DNA of 64,000 bases from the NCBI GenBank assembly GCA_036745495.1, contig DAIOGA010000003.1:15318-79317 (forward strand), read 5' to 3'. The position numbers and the translations under genes are program-made. Below are positions 1 through 9,832 of the stretch, piece after piece. Under the pieces are notes generated by a model. That model searched no databases, was not told the DNA's origin, and worked only from the letters and a program-made list of their open reading frames with translations. This DNA is from Candidatus Methylopumilus sp. (GTDB lineage Bacteria > Pseudomonadota > Gammaproteobacteria > Burkholderiales > Methylophilaceae). Each line of letters opens with the position of its first letter. Position 1 is the stretch's first letter.

Positions 1-481
1 TTATAAAAGGAAAAATTGCTACGTCAGCAAGGCTTATTTCTTCTGCCATCAAATAACTTTTTGATTGCAATTTCTCATTCAACAAATTTAAAAATACCTC
101 GCATTGAGCGCGATAATATTCTTTAGGATATTCAGGATAACGATCAGCGTATTTATATTTATCTAGATTTTTCTTAAAATTAAAATCATTTTCATTAATG
201 AGCTCTTGGCTAAAATTATTATCATTTAAGATCCAATTTTCTGGGTCGGATTTATTAAGAGCCCAGAACATTATTTCCAAGCTCTCTTCGATAACTACTC
301 CATTATTATCTATCAATACCGGAACTGTTCCTTTAGGGCTGAGTGCTAAAAAATCACTAGGTTTGTCTTTAAGAGAAATTTCTATGGATTCATAATCAAT
401 TTTAGCTTGATATAAAGCTAGCCTTGATCGAATCGCGTATGGGCAGCGTCTGTATGTATAAAGTCTTGGTCTAGCTAACAT
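1..481 (-). CDS. Glutathione S-transferase family protein (3' end outside window)
   Basis: Read by hand, absent from the ORF track: ATG at 481 gives MLARPRLYTYRRCPYAIRSRLAL...LSPKGTVPVLID...IEESLEIMFWAL, with the GST N-terminal motifs CPY, cis-Pro VPVL and ES. Confidence 0.9.
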   Translation of the reverse strand, partial: MLARPRLYTYRRCPYAIRSRLALYQAKIDYESIEISLKDKPSDFLALSPKGTVPVLIDNNGVVIEESLEIMFWALNKSDPENWILNDNNFSQELINENDFNFKKNLDKYKYADRYPEYPKEYYRAQCEVFLNLLNEKLQSKSYLMAEEISLADVAIFPFI

Positions 482-483
482 TA

Positions 484-1497
484 TTAACCAATGGATTGGC
501 AAGCATCGAGAACGAGCTTTCTTCCTTGGTAAACGAGACCTGAATAAATTTGGACAAGCTCAGCACCTGCATTTATTTTTTCCAAGGCATCTTCACCAGA
601 GAATATACCTCCGACGCCAATGATCGGAACCTCACCTTGAAGTCTTTCATATAGTTCGCGAATGATTGAATTGGATAATTTAAATAGAGGCTTGCCAGAC
701 ATACCTCCAACCTCTTTTCCATTAAAAAGATCACTCACCGATTCTCTACTAATAGTTGTATTAGTTGCAATTACGCCATCAATCCTATTTTTGATGATAC
801 TTTTTGATATTGTATCTAGATGTTTAGCTGTTAAATCAGGTGAAATTTTTAATGCGATAGGGACATAGCGTCCATAGTAATCAGCCAACCTAGTTTGCTC
901 TTCTTTAAGCTGGGCCAAAAGAATGTTTAGTGCCTTGGTTTCTTGAAGATCTCTTAAGTTTTTTGTGTTGGGTGAAGAAATATTGATTGCAATATAATTT
1001 GCATATTGATAAACCTTTTTCATACACAAGAGATAATCATCCCCAGCCTTTTCTATAGGTGTATCAAAATTTTTACCAATATTAATTCCAAGCACACCCT
1101 TGTATTTACTTAATCTTATATTTTCTACTGCAGTTTCAAGACCTACATTGTTAAACCCAAATCGGTTAATTATGCCTTGAACCTCTGGCAATCTAAATAA
1201 TCTCGGCTTTGGATTACCTATTTGAGGCCTTGGAGTGATCGTTCCAACTTCAATAAATCCAAATCCCAATTTACCTAAAGCATCAATGTGATTTGCATTT
1301 TTATCTAACCCTGCAGCTAATCCCACCGGATTTTGAAAGGGAATACCCATTACGGTTCTGAGCTTACAAGGATTAGGGGGCTTTAAAAAACTTAGAAGTC
1401 CAATTTTATTAGAAAGAGATAGTGCCTTAAGAGTTAAGTCGTGCGAAAATTCTGCATCAAACTTAAATAACAATGAACGAATTAATTGGTGGCTCAT
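484..1497 (-). CDS. pyrD: Quinone-dependent dihydroorotate dehydrogenase (class 2)
   Basis: NPVGLAAGLDK, INRFGFNN, NISSPNT and GGMSGKPL motifs. Confidence 0.97.
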   Translation of the reverse strand: MSHQLIRSLLFKFDAEFSHDLTLKALSLSNKIGLLSFLKPPNPCKLRTVMGIPFQNPVGLAAGLDKNANHIDALGKLGFGFIEVGTITPRPQIGNPKPRLFRLPEVQGIINRFGFNNVGLETAVENIRLSKYKGVLGINIGKNFDTPIEKAGDDYLLCMKKVYQYANYIAINISSPNTKNLRDLQETKALNILLAQLKEEQTRLADYYGRYVPIALKISPDLTAKHLDTISKSIIKNRIDGVIATNTTISRESVSDLFNGKEVGGMSGKPLFKLSNSIIRELYERLQGEVPIIGVGGIFSGEDALEKINAGAELVQIYSGLVYQGRKLVLDACQSIG

Positions 1498-1543
1498 AAC
1501 AGTGTTATTTTAACTTAGGAAGTTATAAGGCTTAATAAATATT

Positions 1544-2695
1544 ATGCGATTAAATCGTAAAAATCACATTTTAGGAAAAACATCGGTTAATACCTTCCTA
1601 AAAAAGTATTGGCAAAAAAAACCGCTCTTGATTAGAAATGCAATTGAAAATTTTCAGTCTCCCATCACAGAAAAAGATCTTTTCAAAATTGCACAAGACG
1701 AAGAAGCTATATCCCGCCTTATAGAATATAAGAAAGATTTGTGGCAAGTGAAATATGGCCCTTTCAAAAAATCAGACTTCCCTAAAAAAAAGAATGCGCC
1801 TTGGACGATACTTGTGCAAAATATTAATCATCATCTTTCTTTTGCCAATTCCTTTCTAAATTTTTTCAAATTTATTCCATATGCACGACTTGATGATTTA
1901 ATGGTGAGTTATGCCACGAAGGAGGGGAGTGTCGGCCCTCATTTTGACTCCTATGATGTATTTCTATTTCAGGCAAAAGGTGAAAGGGAATGGAGGATTA
2001 GCGAACAAAAAGAATTTGCTCTAGATAAAAAATCAGCCATTAAAATTATTACCAATTTTAAGAGTAAAAATTCTTGGGTGCTTAAACCTGGTGACATGCT
2101 TTATTTGCCCCCTAATATAGGCCACTGGGGCATCTCACATAGTGATGATTGCCTGACCTATTCTATTGGCTTTAGAGCGCCCGATACATTTGAAATCCAA
2201 TCTAAATTTTTAGATTTTATTCAAGACAGTTTGAACGTAAACAAAAATGATCTTTATAAAGATCCAAATTTAAAACTTCAAAAAAATCCAGCTGAAATCA
2301 ATTCAAATATGATTAATAAAATTCAACAGATCATTAATCAATTACGTTGGAATAAAAATTCAATCAATACTTTTATTGGTCAATTACTTACCGATCCAAT
2401 TGAGACTGCTATTTTCCAACCATCTAAACCGATATCCCTTGAAATTTTTAAAAAAAATCTTTCAAACAAAACACTAGTACTTAATCCTAAAACAAGAATG
2501 CTTTTTATTAAAAATAGCTTTTACATTAATGGTGAATTTATTGATGCTGATAAGAAATATGCTACACATCTAAGACAATTTGCAAATGACCGAAAAATTT
2601 CATTTAAACCGACTTTAAACAAAAAAGATTTAAACGCTTTAGGGATAATCCTACTTCCCTTTTATCTCTCAGGATTTATTGATTTTATTCAATAA
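1544..2695 (+). CDS. JmjC/cupin-4 2-oxoglutarate oxygenase (YcfD/RoxA-like)
   Basis: FLKKYWQKKPLLIR, RLDDLMVSYA, VGPHFDSYDVFL (HxD) and PGDMLYLPP..GHWG. Confidence 0.88.
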   Translation: MRLNRKNHILGKTSVNTFLKKYWQKKPLLIRNAIENFQSPITEKDLFKIAQDEEAISRLIEYKKDLWQVKYGPFKKSDFPKKKNAPWTILVQNINHHLSFANSFLNFFKFIPYARLDDLMVSYATKEGSVGPHFDSYDVFLFQAKGEREWRISEQKEFALDKKSAIKIITNFKSKNSWVLKPGDMLYLPPNIGHWGISHSDDCLTYSIGFRAPDTFEIQSKFLDFIQDSLNVNKNDLYKDPNLKLQKNPAEINSNMINKIQQIINQLRWNKNSINTFIGQLLTDPIETAIFQPSKPISLEIFKKNLSNKTLVLNPKTRMLFIKNSFYINGEFIDADKKYATHLRQFANDRKISFKPTLNKKDLNALGIILLPFYLSGFIDFIQ

Positions 2696-2785
2696 TATTT
2701 AACTATCTATCTTGTTTTGTTGTAGAATAATTCCCAGGGAGTCATTCATAGGCCCCGAATTCAACATTAATTTTAAGGATTAAAA

Positions 2786-2917
2786 ATGACACGTTCACTA
2801 CTTATCGCTTTATTATTAGCTATTGGTTTAACTGCTTGCGGCAAAAAAGAAGAAGCTGCTCCTGCTGCTGATGCAGCTCCAGCTGCTGAGGCTGCTCCAG
2901 CTGCTGAGGCTAAGTAA
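2786..2917 (+). CDS. 43-aa lipoprotein with Ala/Pro hexapeptide repeats
   Basis: Not in the ORF track. SD-like TAAGGA upstream; MTRSLLIALLLAIGLTAC|GKKEEAAPAADAAPAAEAAPAAEAK*; lipobox LTAC; a terminator follows. Confidence 0.88.
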   Translation: MTRSLLIALLLAIGLTACGKKEEAAPAADAAPAAEAAPAAEAK

Positions 2918-2942
2918 TAGATAATTTATCTATTGTATGAAT

Positions 2943-2972
2943 AAAAAAGCCGGTTTTTAACCGGCTTTTTTT
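2943..2972. terminator. Bidirectional intrinsic terminator
   Basis: Inverted repeat AAAAAAGCCGGTT...AACCGGCTTTTTT between convergent genes. Confidence 0.9.
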
Positions 2973-3741
2973 ATATTACTTGCCACGACGTTCCGTCGCT
3001 TTGTGTTGCAATTTTTATCCAATCACGCTCACATCCTATTTTTCCTACAATAGCTTCTTTTACTAAATCTTCAGTATTATTTTTTTCACTCAGATGCGCT
3101 GCAACAAGATGTTTTAATTGTTTGAATTGAATTTTACCCAAAATTTCGGCTGCTGTTTGATTATCCAAATGACCTAATTTGCCGCTGATTCTTTTCTTTA
3201 AGCTATATGTATATTCACTTGACTCAAGCAAGTTAAGGTCGTGATTAAATTCTATAATGAGCGCATCTAGTTGCTGAAGCATCTTTTCAATATGGGGCGT
3301 TGAACTTCCCGTATCTGTCAAAATGCCTAATTTATGATTGCCGTCACTGAATGTAAATTGAGTAGGTTCTCTTGCGTCATGAGGCACTGGAAAGGGTTGA
3401 ATTATAAAATTCTCTATTTCAAATGTATTGTGACTATCAATTATGTTTAAATCAATCTCATAAGATTTAATCATATGTTTCTCACACATCTTGAAAGTCC
3501 CGTAAGAAAGCCATATAGGAATTTTGAATTTATTTGCTAATTTAAAAGCCCCTTTGACATGGTCTTCATGTTCATGCGTTAAGAGAATTCCTGTGATATT
3601 TTCTGGGGATTCATTAAGTCGATCCAACCTAGATACGATATCCTGAATCGCGAAACCACAATCAATCATTAAAATTGATTTGTTTTGCTTTACTAAAAAT
3701 GAATTACCAGCGCTCCCACTACCTAAAGATGCAAATTGCAT
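2971..3741 (-). CDS. MBL-fold metallo-hydrolase (YycJ/WalJ-like)
   Basis: LGSGSAGN, THEHEDH (HxHxDH), PVPHDAREP and HLSEKNN. Confidence 0.88.
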   Translation of the reverse strand: MQFASLGSGSAGNSFLVKQNKSILMIDCGFAIQDIVSRLDRLNESPENITGILLTHEHEDHVKGAFKLANKFKIPIWLSYGTFKMCEKHMIKSYEIDLNIIDSHNTFEIENFIIQPFPVPHDAREPTQFTFSDGNHKLGILTDTGSSTPHIEKMLQQLDALIIEFNHDLNLLESSEYTYSLKKRISGKLGHLDNQTAAEILGKIQFKQLKHLVAAHLSEKNNTEDLVKEAIVGKIGCERDWIKIATQSDGTSWQVI

Positions 3742-3743
3742 CT

Positions 3744-5021
3744 TTATTTTAATTGATCATAAAGAAGAGAAATGATTCGATTTGCAGTGGAAGAGTTGTT
3801 TCTCTTACCATCTTGATACTCGATCACAACTTGAGAGCCGCCATTGTCTACAGAAACAATCTTGATGCGATATTGTTTTTCTGGGTTAGTTTTTTCTTTA
3901 TCGCTTCCACCCCAGAATTTAAGCTTCTCGGATAGGGGCTTGTCTTTATTCTGACTTGTATCTTTATCTTGCTTGTCTTTTTTATCATCGTCACTCCAGA
4001 ACATAAGAGAATCTAGGACTCCTTTTTTCTTCTTGGGGCTATCGTCAATATCAACATCGGCATATTTTACAAAATAGATTCCATTTGATCTGTCTTTGTC
4101 TTCAATCACAAATCCAATAATATCTAAAGCCAATCCTACTCTTCGCCAGGCGCGATCGAAAGGATCTTGAATTTCGAGTGATGAACTTCCATCTGCCTCT
4201 TTCTTAATTTCAGCTCTCTTTTGATTTACTGGTGTTGCAATAATCTCTTTTGCTCGTTTGTCTGCTACTCCAAGTTTTACCATAAGCCTTCTTAGAAGCT
4301 CAGCATCTAACTCATCGTCTTTCGAATCTCCTTTTGTTTCCGGCTGTGTCTTGGCATCATTTCTATAACCGTTATCCACAACGCCGTATGGCGTTCTCAC
4401 TTTTTCTTTACCATCATCAGGTGCTGTGTCCACACTTCGATGCGTCATATAAATCTCAGTAGTACCTTCTTGCAGGCCGCGATCTAGTCGAGTTCTGAAT
4501 TTTTTACGGTTAGCAGTGCCTGATGCAAGTGAATCAAGCCATGCATCAAATTTATCAAGCGCACCTTTATTGTCATCAGCCTTAAGATCTCCTTGCTTAA
4601 TCCATTCAGTTTCCATCACGCCTGTTTCTGGATTCTCTTTTTTTACAGCAAATCCCATGTCTAACCAAAAATCTCTTATTACTGGCCATATTTTTTCAGC
4701 TGGGGCATTAACAACTAGCCATCTTTGAGCGCCGGCTTTTACAATTTTCATACCCTCTGGATTAGGCAAAATATTTGATTGGCCATTCTCTTGTTTCTGT
4801 CCATTTTTAAAGTCTGAATAACTGGTGGAACCTGGTATTGCGTAAGTGTCATTTGTGGTCACTGACGTTAAATCAGGAGGCACTTCTAGTGGGCGAGATC
4901 TCCCTGTGGCCTTGTAATCAGGCGCTGTAACCTGATCCACAAAAGGAATACTCTCGCATCCATTTAAAATTAAGAATAAAGGTAAAACAAAAAGCCGTTT
5001 GCTTTGTGCTAGTAATTTCAT
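3744..5021 (-). CDS. bamC: Outer membrane protein assembly lipoprotein BamC
   Basis: Lipobox LNGC, LEVPPDL, FDRAWRRVGLALD; lies directly downstream of dapA, the conserved position. Confidence 0.9.
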   Translation of the reverse strand: MKLLAQSKRLFVLPLFLILNGCESIPFVDQVTAPDYKATGRSRPLEVPPDLTSVTTNDTYAIPGSTSYSDFKNGQKQENGQSNILPNPEGMKIVKAGAQRWLVVNAPAEKIWPVIRDFWLDMGFAVKKENPETGVMETEWIKQGDLKADDNKGALDKFDAWLDSLASGTANRKKFRTRLDRGLQEGTTEIYMTHRSVDTAPDDGKEKVRTPYGVVDNGYRNDAKTQPETKGDSKDDELDAELLRRLMVKLGVADKRAKEIIATPVNQKRAEIKKEADGSSSLEIQDPFDRAWRRVGLALDIIGFVIEDKDRSNGIYFVKYADVDIDDSPKKKKGVLDSLMFWSDDDKKDKQDKDTSQNKDKPLSEKLKFWGGSDKEKTNPEKQYRIKIVSVDNGGSQVVIEYQDGKRNNSSTANRIISLLYDQLK

Positions 5022-5896
5022 TGAATATGAGCTTCCTTCATAGCAGTTTGAATAATTTTATGGTATTCCGAGCTAAGTTCAACTAAAGGCAATCGAATAC
5101 CTTCCTTGATAAGACCCATTGTCTTTAATGCCCATTTTACAGGGATTGGATTCGCCTCTATAAACAGATTGGTGTGAAGTAAAAATAATTGTTGATTAAT
5201 CTCGATCGCTTTTTCATTTTGTTTAGCAATAACGCAAGCATACATTTCATGCATTAATTTTGGTGCAACATTTGCTGTAACGGAAATCACACCTTTGCCT
5301 CCAAGTAACATAAGCGATAAAGCGGTTGCATCGTCGCCACTTAAAACTGAAAAATGAGACGGCAATCTTTTAATAAGATCGATGCCACGAGTCAAATCTC
5401 CTGTCGCATCCTTAATCCCTACAATATTAGGAATTTCACTTAACTTCAATACTGTATCGTTCTTTAAATCACAGCCTGTTCTAGACGGCACATTGTAAAG
5501 AATTTGATCAATTGCAACTTCATTTGCAATTTTACTAAAATGCTGAAAAAGTCCTGTTTGGTTGGGTTTATTGTAATAAGGCGTCACTAATAAACAAGCA
5601 TCTGCCCCAAGGCGTTTGGCTTCTTTTGTAAGATCGATAGCTTCTTGCGTAGAGTTGGCGCCGGTGCCAGCTATTACAGGGATTCTTTTGTCGACATGCT
5701 TTACTGTGGTTTCAATCAGTTGACAATGCTCTTCACAATTGACCGTAGGTGATTCCCCCGTTGTGCCCACAATGACAATACCATCTGTACCTTCATTAAT
5801 ATGAAAATCAATTAATCCATGCAGGGCTTGGATATCAAGACTTCCATCAGGGAACATCGGGGTGACAATTGCAACAATACTGCCTTGAGGTGACAT
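5018..5896 (-). CDS. dapA: 4-hydroxy-tetrahydrodipicolinate synthase
   Basis: GTTGES, LYNVPSRTG and GIKDATGD. Confidence 0.97.
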   Translation of the reverse strand: MSPQGSIVAIVTPMFPDGSLDIQALHGLIDFHINEGTDGIVIVGTTGESPTVNCEEHCQLIETTVKHVDKRIPVIAGTGANSTQEAIDLTKEAKRLGADACLLVTPYYNKPNQTGLFQHFSKIANEVAIDQILYNVPSRTGCDLKNDTVLKLSEIPNIVGIKDATGDLTRGIDLIKRLPSHFSVLSGDDATALSLMLLGGKGVISVTANVAPKLMHEMYACVIAKQNEKAIEINQQLFLLHTNLFIEANPIPVKWALKTMGLIKEGIRLPLVELSSEYHKIIQTAMKEAHIQ

Positions 5897-6133
5897 GTGA
5901 TTGACTATTAATTAGTAAAGTCGCTATTTTAACTTAAATAGCCAAACACCAAAAAATTGATCAAATTATATATATAAAATAGTTATATTACTATAAAACT
6001 TTATTCTTTGAAGTAATATAGAATTATTGATATATTTCAACTATAAAAAAGATCTTGAACTTTCAAAAAACTCCATTGACAGAGGCTTAGGCTATAAATA
6101 TTTTCGGCAATTTTAAACGTATAATTTAACTTT

Positions 6134-6715
6134 ATGATTCAACACTATTTCTTAATCATCATCAGCACGGTATTGGTCAACAATATCGTTTTAGTGAAAA
6201 TTTTAGGGCTATGCCCTTTCATGGGTGTATCTAAAAAGTTAGAAACATCGATCAGCATGTCTGCGGCTACCGCTTTTGTATTGACCATAGGATCAATGAC
6301 AAGCTGGGCTATTAATCATTATCTTCTTGAGCCTAATGACCTTGTATATTTAAGAACGCTTTCATTTATTGTAGTGATCGCGGGTGTTGTGCAATTTACT
6401 GAAATGTTGATGGAAAAAAACTTTCCACTACTTTATCAATTGCTGGGTATTTTTTTACCTCTCATTACTACTAATTGTGCCGTATTAGGCATTCCTCTTT
6501 TGAATGCACAATCAAGTCACACCCTTCTTGAATCTGCGTTATTCGGTTTTGGGGGTGGCATTGGTTTTTCACTCGTATTAATTTTATTTGCATCTTTAAG
6601 GGAGCGTTTAGAAGGTGCAGAAATACCTGCGCCATTTAAGGGTACAGCAATAGCGCTTGTTACGGCCTCAATCATGAGTCTCGCCTTCATGGGATTCGCA
6701 GGGTTAGATCGTTAA
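6134..6715 (+). CDS. rsxA: Rnf/Rsx electron transport complex subunit A
   Basis: [12 protein letters not shown] and [12 protein letters not shown]. Confidence 0.95.
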   Translation: MIQHYFLIIISTVLVNNIVLVKILGLCPFMGVSKKLETSISMSAATAFVLTIGSMTSWAINHYLLEPNDLVYLRTLSFIVVIAGVVQFTEMLMEKNFPLLYQLLGIFLPLITTNCAVLGIPLLNAQSSHTLLESALFGFGGGIGFSLVLILFASLRERLEGAEIPAPFKGTAIALVTASIMSLAFMGFAGLDR

Positions 6716-7273
6716 ATGATTACTGCATTACTTGTTATGATTTTTCTTGCCATCCTTTTAGGGCTGGTCTTAGGCTATTCCGCAATTAAATTTAAAGTGG
6801 ATGGCGATCCTATGGTTGCGAGGATTGATGCCATTCTTCCGCAAACACAATGCGGTCAATGTGGTTATCCCGGTTGTAAACCATATGCTACTGCCATTGC
6901 GAAAGGAGAGGCTGATATAAATCAATGTCCGCCAGGAGGCGATGCGGGTGCTAAAGCTTTAGCAGAATTAATGGGGATGGAGTTTAAACCAGTTAATGAA
7001 GAGCATGGGATTCAAAAGCCAAAATCAGTGGCTTTAATTGATGAGTTAACTTGCATTGGATGTACTTTATGCATTCAAGCTTGCCCTGTGGACGCTATCT
7101 TAGGTGCTGCAAAACAAATGCATACGATTATTGCAAGCGAGTGTACAGGCTGTGAATTATGTTTACCGCCTTGTCCAGTAGATTGCATAACGATGGAACC
7201 TGTTCTTGAAAATTCAGAATCATGGAAATGGAAATACCCTATCTATAATATTCAAAAAGCTCAAAAGGCTTAA
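6716..7273 (+). CDS. rsxB: Rnf/Rsx subunit B (Fe-S)
   Basis: [14 protein letters not shown] plus two CxxCxxCxxxCP ferredoxin motifs. Confidence 0.95.
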   Translation: MITALLVMIFLAILLGLVLGYSAIKFKVDGDPMVARIDAILPQTQCGQCGYPGCKPYATAIAKGEADINQCPPGGDAGAKALAELMGMEFKPVNEEHGIQKPKSVALIDELTCIGCTLCIQACPVDAILGAAKQMHTIIASECTGCELCLPPCPVDCITMEPVLENSESWKWKYPIYNIQKAQKA

Positions 7274-7283
7274 AGCTTTTATT

Positions 7284-8807
7284 ATGCAATTAAAAAATAT
7301 TTTTAAATTTAATGGTGGGGTTCATCCAGATGAAAATAAAATCGCATCTACACGTCTTCCCATTGCAAAGTTAGCTATTCCAAAAAAATTAGTGCTGCCA
7401 CTTAGACAGCATGTTGGTCATGTTGCAAAAATTAAAGTTAAACCCGGCGATCAAGTGCTCAAAGGTCAAATCATTGCTGAAGCTGATGGCAACATTTCCG
7501 CCTCTATCCATGCGCCCACATCAGGAAAGATCTTAAAAATCAGCGAGGAAATTCTTCCTCATCCATCAGGGCTGCCTGATTTTTGTATCACGATTGAACC
7601 AGACTTCAAAGATACTTGGATTGAAAAAAAACCTATCTCATGGAAAAAAATAGATAAAGCTCAATTAATTGAGGCATTGTCGCAGTCGGGAATTGTCGGC
7701 TTAGGTGGCGCAGTTTTTCCTACGCACATGAAATTAAAGATTAATCAAAATCAAAGCATCCATACATTAGTGATTAATGCAGCAGAGTGTGAGCCATTTA
7801 TTACTTGTGATGATATGTTAATGAGGGAGAGAGCTGATGAAATTATTCAAGGCTCACTCATTGCACAAAGCATACTTGGTGCAGAAAAGTGTGTAGTTGG
7901 CATCGAGGACAATAAAATTGAAGCTTACGAAGCTCTAAAAAAAGCCGCTCAAAAAACGGCGGTTGAAATTAAAGTGGTACCCACACTTTATCCAAGTGGC
8001 GACGCAAAAAGACTCATTTATCTCTTAATGGGTATAGAAGTTCCAAAAGAAAAGCGTTCTGTAGATCTAGGTATTCAAGTATTTAACGTAGCTACGGTAG
8101 GGGCTATTTATAGATATCTTGAGTTAGGTGAGCCATCGATCAGTCGAATTGTAACTATTACAGGGGCTGTCAAAACACCTCAAAATTACGAGGTCTTATT
8201 TGGAACACCTCTGTCAGACTTAATTAAAGCTGCGGGCGGTTCCTCGAATAAAACAAAAAAATTTATCATGGGCGGTCCGATGATGGGATTTGATTTACCA
8301 TCAATTCATGTCCCGGTCACAAAAGCAATGAATTGTGTCATTGAGAGTTCGCCAGAATTATTTCCTGCTCCAAAACCTGTAATGCCTTGTATTCGATGTG
8401 CGCGATGTGCAGATGCCTGCCCAGTTAACTTACAACCTCAAGAATTATATTGGTTCTCAAAATCTTCTCAGCTTGAAAAAGCTAGAGAGTACAATTTATT
8501 CGATTGTATTGAATGTGGATGCTGCACTTATGTTTGCCCAAGCAATATTCCACTCGTCCAATTTTACAGATATGCAAAAAGTGAAATTATTGCTCAAGAC
8601 AAATCCAAAGAAGCTGCAAATACAGCAAGAGAAAGAAATGAATTTAGACTTGCAAGAATAGAAAGAGAAAAGAAAGAGCGTGCTGAGAGGCATGCACAAA
8701 AAGCACTAGGGGCGCAAGATAAGCAAGCTGAGGATGAGAAAAAATCAACCATTGCTGCAGCGATGGAAAGAGTCAAACAAAATCAACAAGAAAATATAAA
8801 AAACTAA
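7284..8807 (+). CDS. rsxC: Rnf/Rsx subunit C
   Basis: FNGGVHP, GIVGLGGAVFPT, NAAECEP and two 4Fe-4S motifs; start moved to ATG 7284 to avoid overlapping rsxB. Confidence 0.95.
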   Translation: MQLKNIFKFNGGVHPDENKIASTRLPIAKLAIPKKLVLPLRQHVGHVAKIKVKPGDQVLKGQIIAEADGNISASIHAPTSGKILKISEEILPHPSGLPDFCITIEPDFKDTWIEKKPISWKKIDKAQLIEALSQSGIVGLGGAVFPTHMKLKINQNQSIHTLVINAAECEPFITCDDMLMRERADEIIQGSLIAQSILGAEKCVVGIEDNKIEAYEALKKAAQKTAVEIKVVPTLYPSGDAKRLIYLLMGIEVPKEKRSVDLGIQVFNVATVGAIYRYLELGEPSISRIVTITGAVKTPQNYEVLFGTPLSDLIKAAGGSSNKTKKFIMGGPMMGFDLPSIHVPVTKAMNCVIESSPELFPAPKPVMPCIRCARCADACPVNLQPQELYWFSKSSQLEKAREYNLFDCIECGCCTYVCPSNIPLVQFYRYAKSEIIAQDKSKEAANTARERNEFRLARIEREKKERAERHAQKALGAQDKQAEDEKKSTIAAAMERVKQNQQENIKN

Positions 8808-8808
8808 T

Positions 8809-9828
8809 ATGGAAAATAGATCGCCTTATATTGTTAACGCACCTTCAGTAAGCGTCATTATGCTCAAAGTATTACTCGCGCTCATTCCTGGTATAGCTTT
8901 GTATGTTTACGTATTTGGTTTAGGTGTCCTCATTAATATTCTTTTAGCTTCCCTCACCGTCATAATGACTGAAAGTGCAATTCTTGCTATAAGAAAGCTA
9001 CCTATTAAGCCATTCATTTTAGATGGCAGCGGACTTGTCACTGCATGGCTTCTTGCGATATCCATCCCATCAATAGCACCTTGGTGGATTATTGTTTTGG
9101 GCACATTACTTTGTATTATTTTTGGTAAACATCTTTATGGTGGATTGGGTTACAACTTATTTAATCCAGCTATGGTGGGATACGCTATCTTGCTAATCTC
9201 CTTTCCTTCCATCATGACTCACTGGCAAATACCAACTAACCTTATGGCTAATCATATGAACTGGCTTGATCAGATTAGAATTATTTTTAATAGCAACTTC
9301 TTCCCAAAAGAAACGCTCGATGCAATAAGCTCTGCCACACCTCTTGATTACATTAAAACCCAGCTCACTTTGCATCAGCCACTCAGCACAATTGAACAAG
9401 ACAAAATATTTGGCTTCATTGGAGGCAGAGGACTTGAGTTAATTAATTTGGGTTATCTTGCTGGAGGACTCTATTTACTGAAAGAGAAAATTATCTCATG
9501 GCATTTACCTGTTGCCTTTTTATTTACTTTATTTTTAACGGCACTAGTCTTTAATCTTGCAGCTCCAGATACATTCGCATCGCCACTTTTCCATATCATG
9601 AGTGGCGGAAGCATGCTTTGTGCTTTCTTTATCATTACCGATCCAGTTAGCGCGCCCACAACACCTAAAGGAAAAATTTATTTTGGTATAGGAATAGCCT
9701 TATTGGTTTTCATTATTCGAATTTTTGGTGGCTACCCTGAAGGCATTGCATTTGCTGTATTGCTTTTCAATATTTGCGCACCTCTCATAGATAGTCTTAC
9801 GCAACCAAGAATTTTTGGTCATAAATAA
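8809..9828 (+). CDS. rsxD: Rnf/Rsx subunit D
   Basis: KHLYGGLGYNLFNPA, SSATPL FMN attachment motif and TDPVS. Confidence 0.95.
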   Translation: MENRSPYIVNAPSVSVIMLKVLLALIPGIALYVYVFGLGVLINILLASLTVIMTESAILAIRKLPIKPFILDGSGLVTAWLLAISIPSIAPWWIIVLGTLLCIIFGKHLYGGLGYNLFNPAMVGYAILLISFPSIMTHWQIPTNLMANHMNWLDQIRIIFNSNFFPKETLDAISSATPLDYIKTQLTLHQPLSTIEQDKIFGFIGGRGLELINLGYLAGGLYLLKEKIISWHLPVAFLFTLFLTALVFNLAAPDTFASPLFHIMSGGSMLCAFFIITDPVSAPTTPKGKIYFGIGIALLVFIIRIFGGYPEGIAFAVLLFNICAPLIDSLTQPRIFGHK

Positions 9829-9832
9829 TTAT

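Noticed and set aside
198..395. 65-aa plus-strand ORF
   Set aside because: Antisense shadow of the GST gene.
2851..2914. Tandem GCT-rich repeats as a CRISPR or non-coding repeat
   Set aside because: No spacers; they are in-frame codons of the mini-lipoprotein.
7206..7283. N-terminal extensions in the ORF track for rsxC (likewise tkt, mraZ, moaA, fdsG, rsxG, rsmI)
   Set aside because: They overlap neighbouring genes or promoters; downstream starts fit family N-termini or SD sites better.
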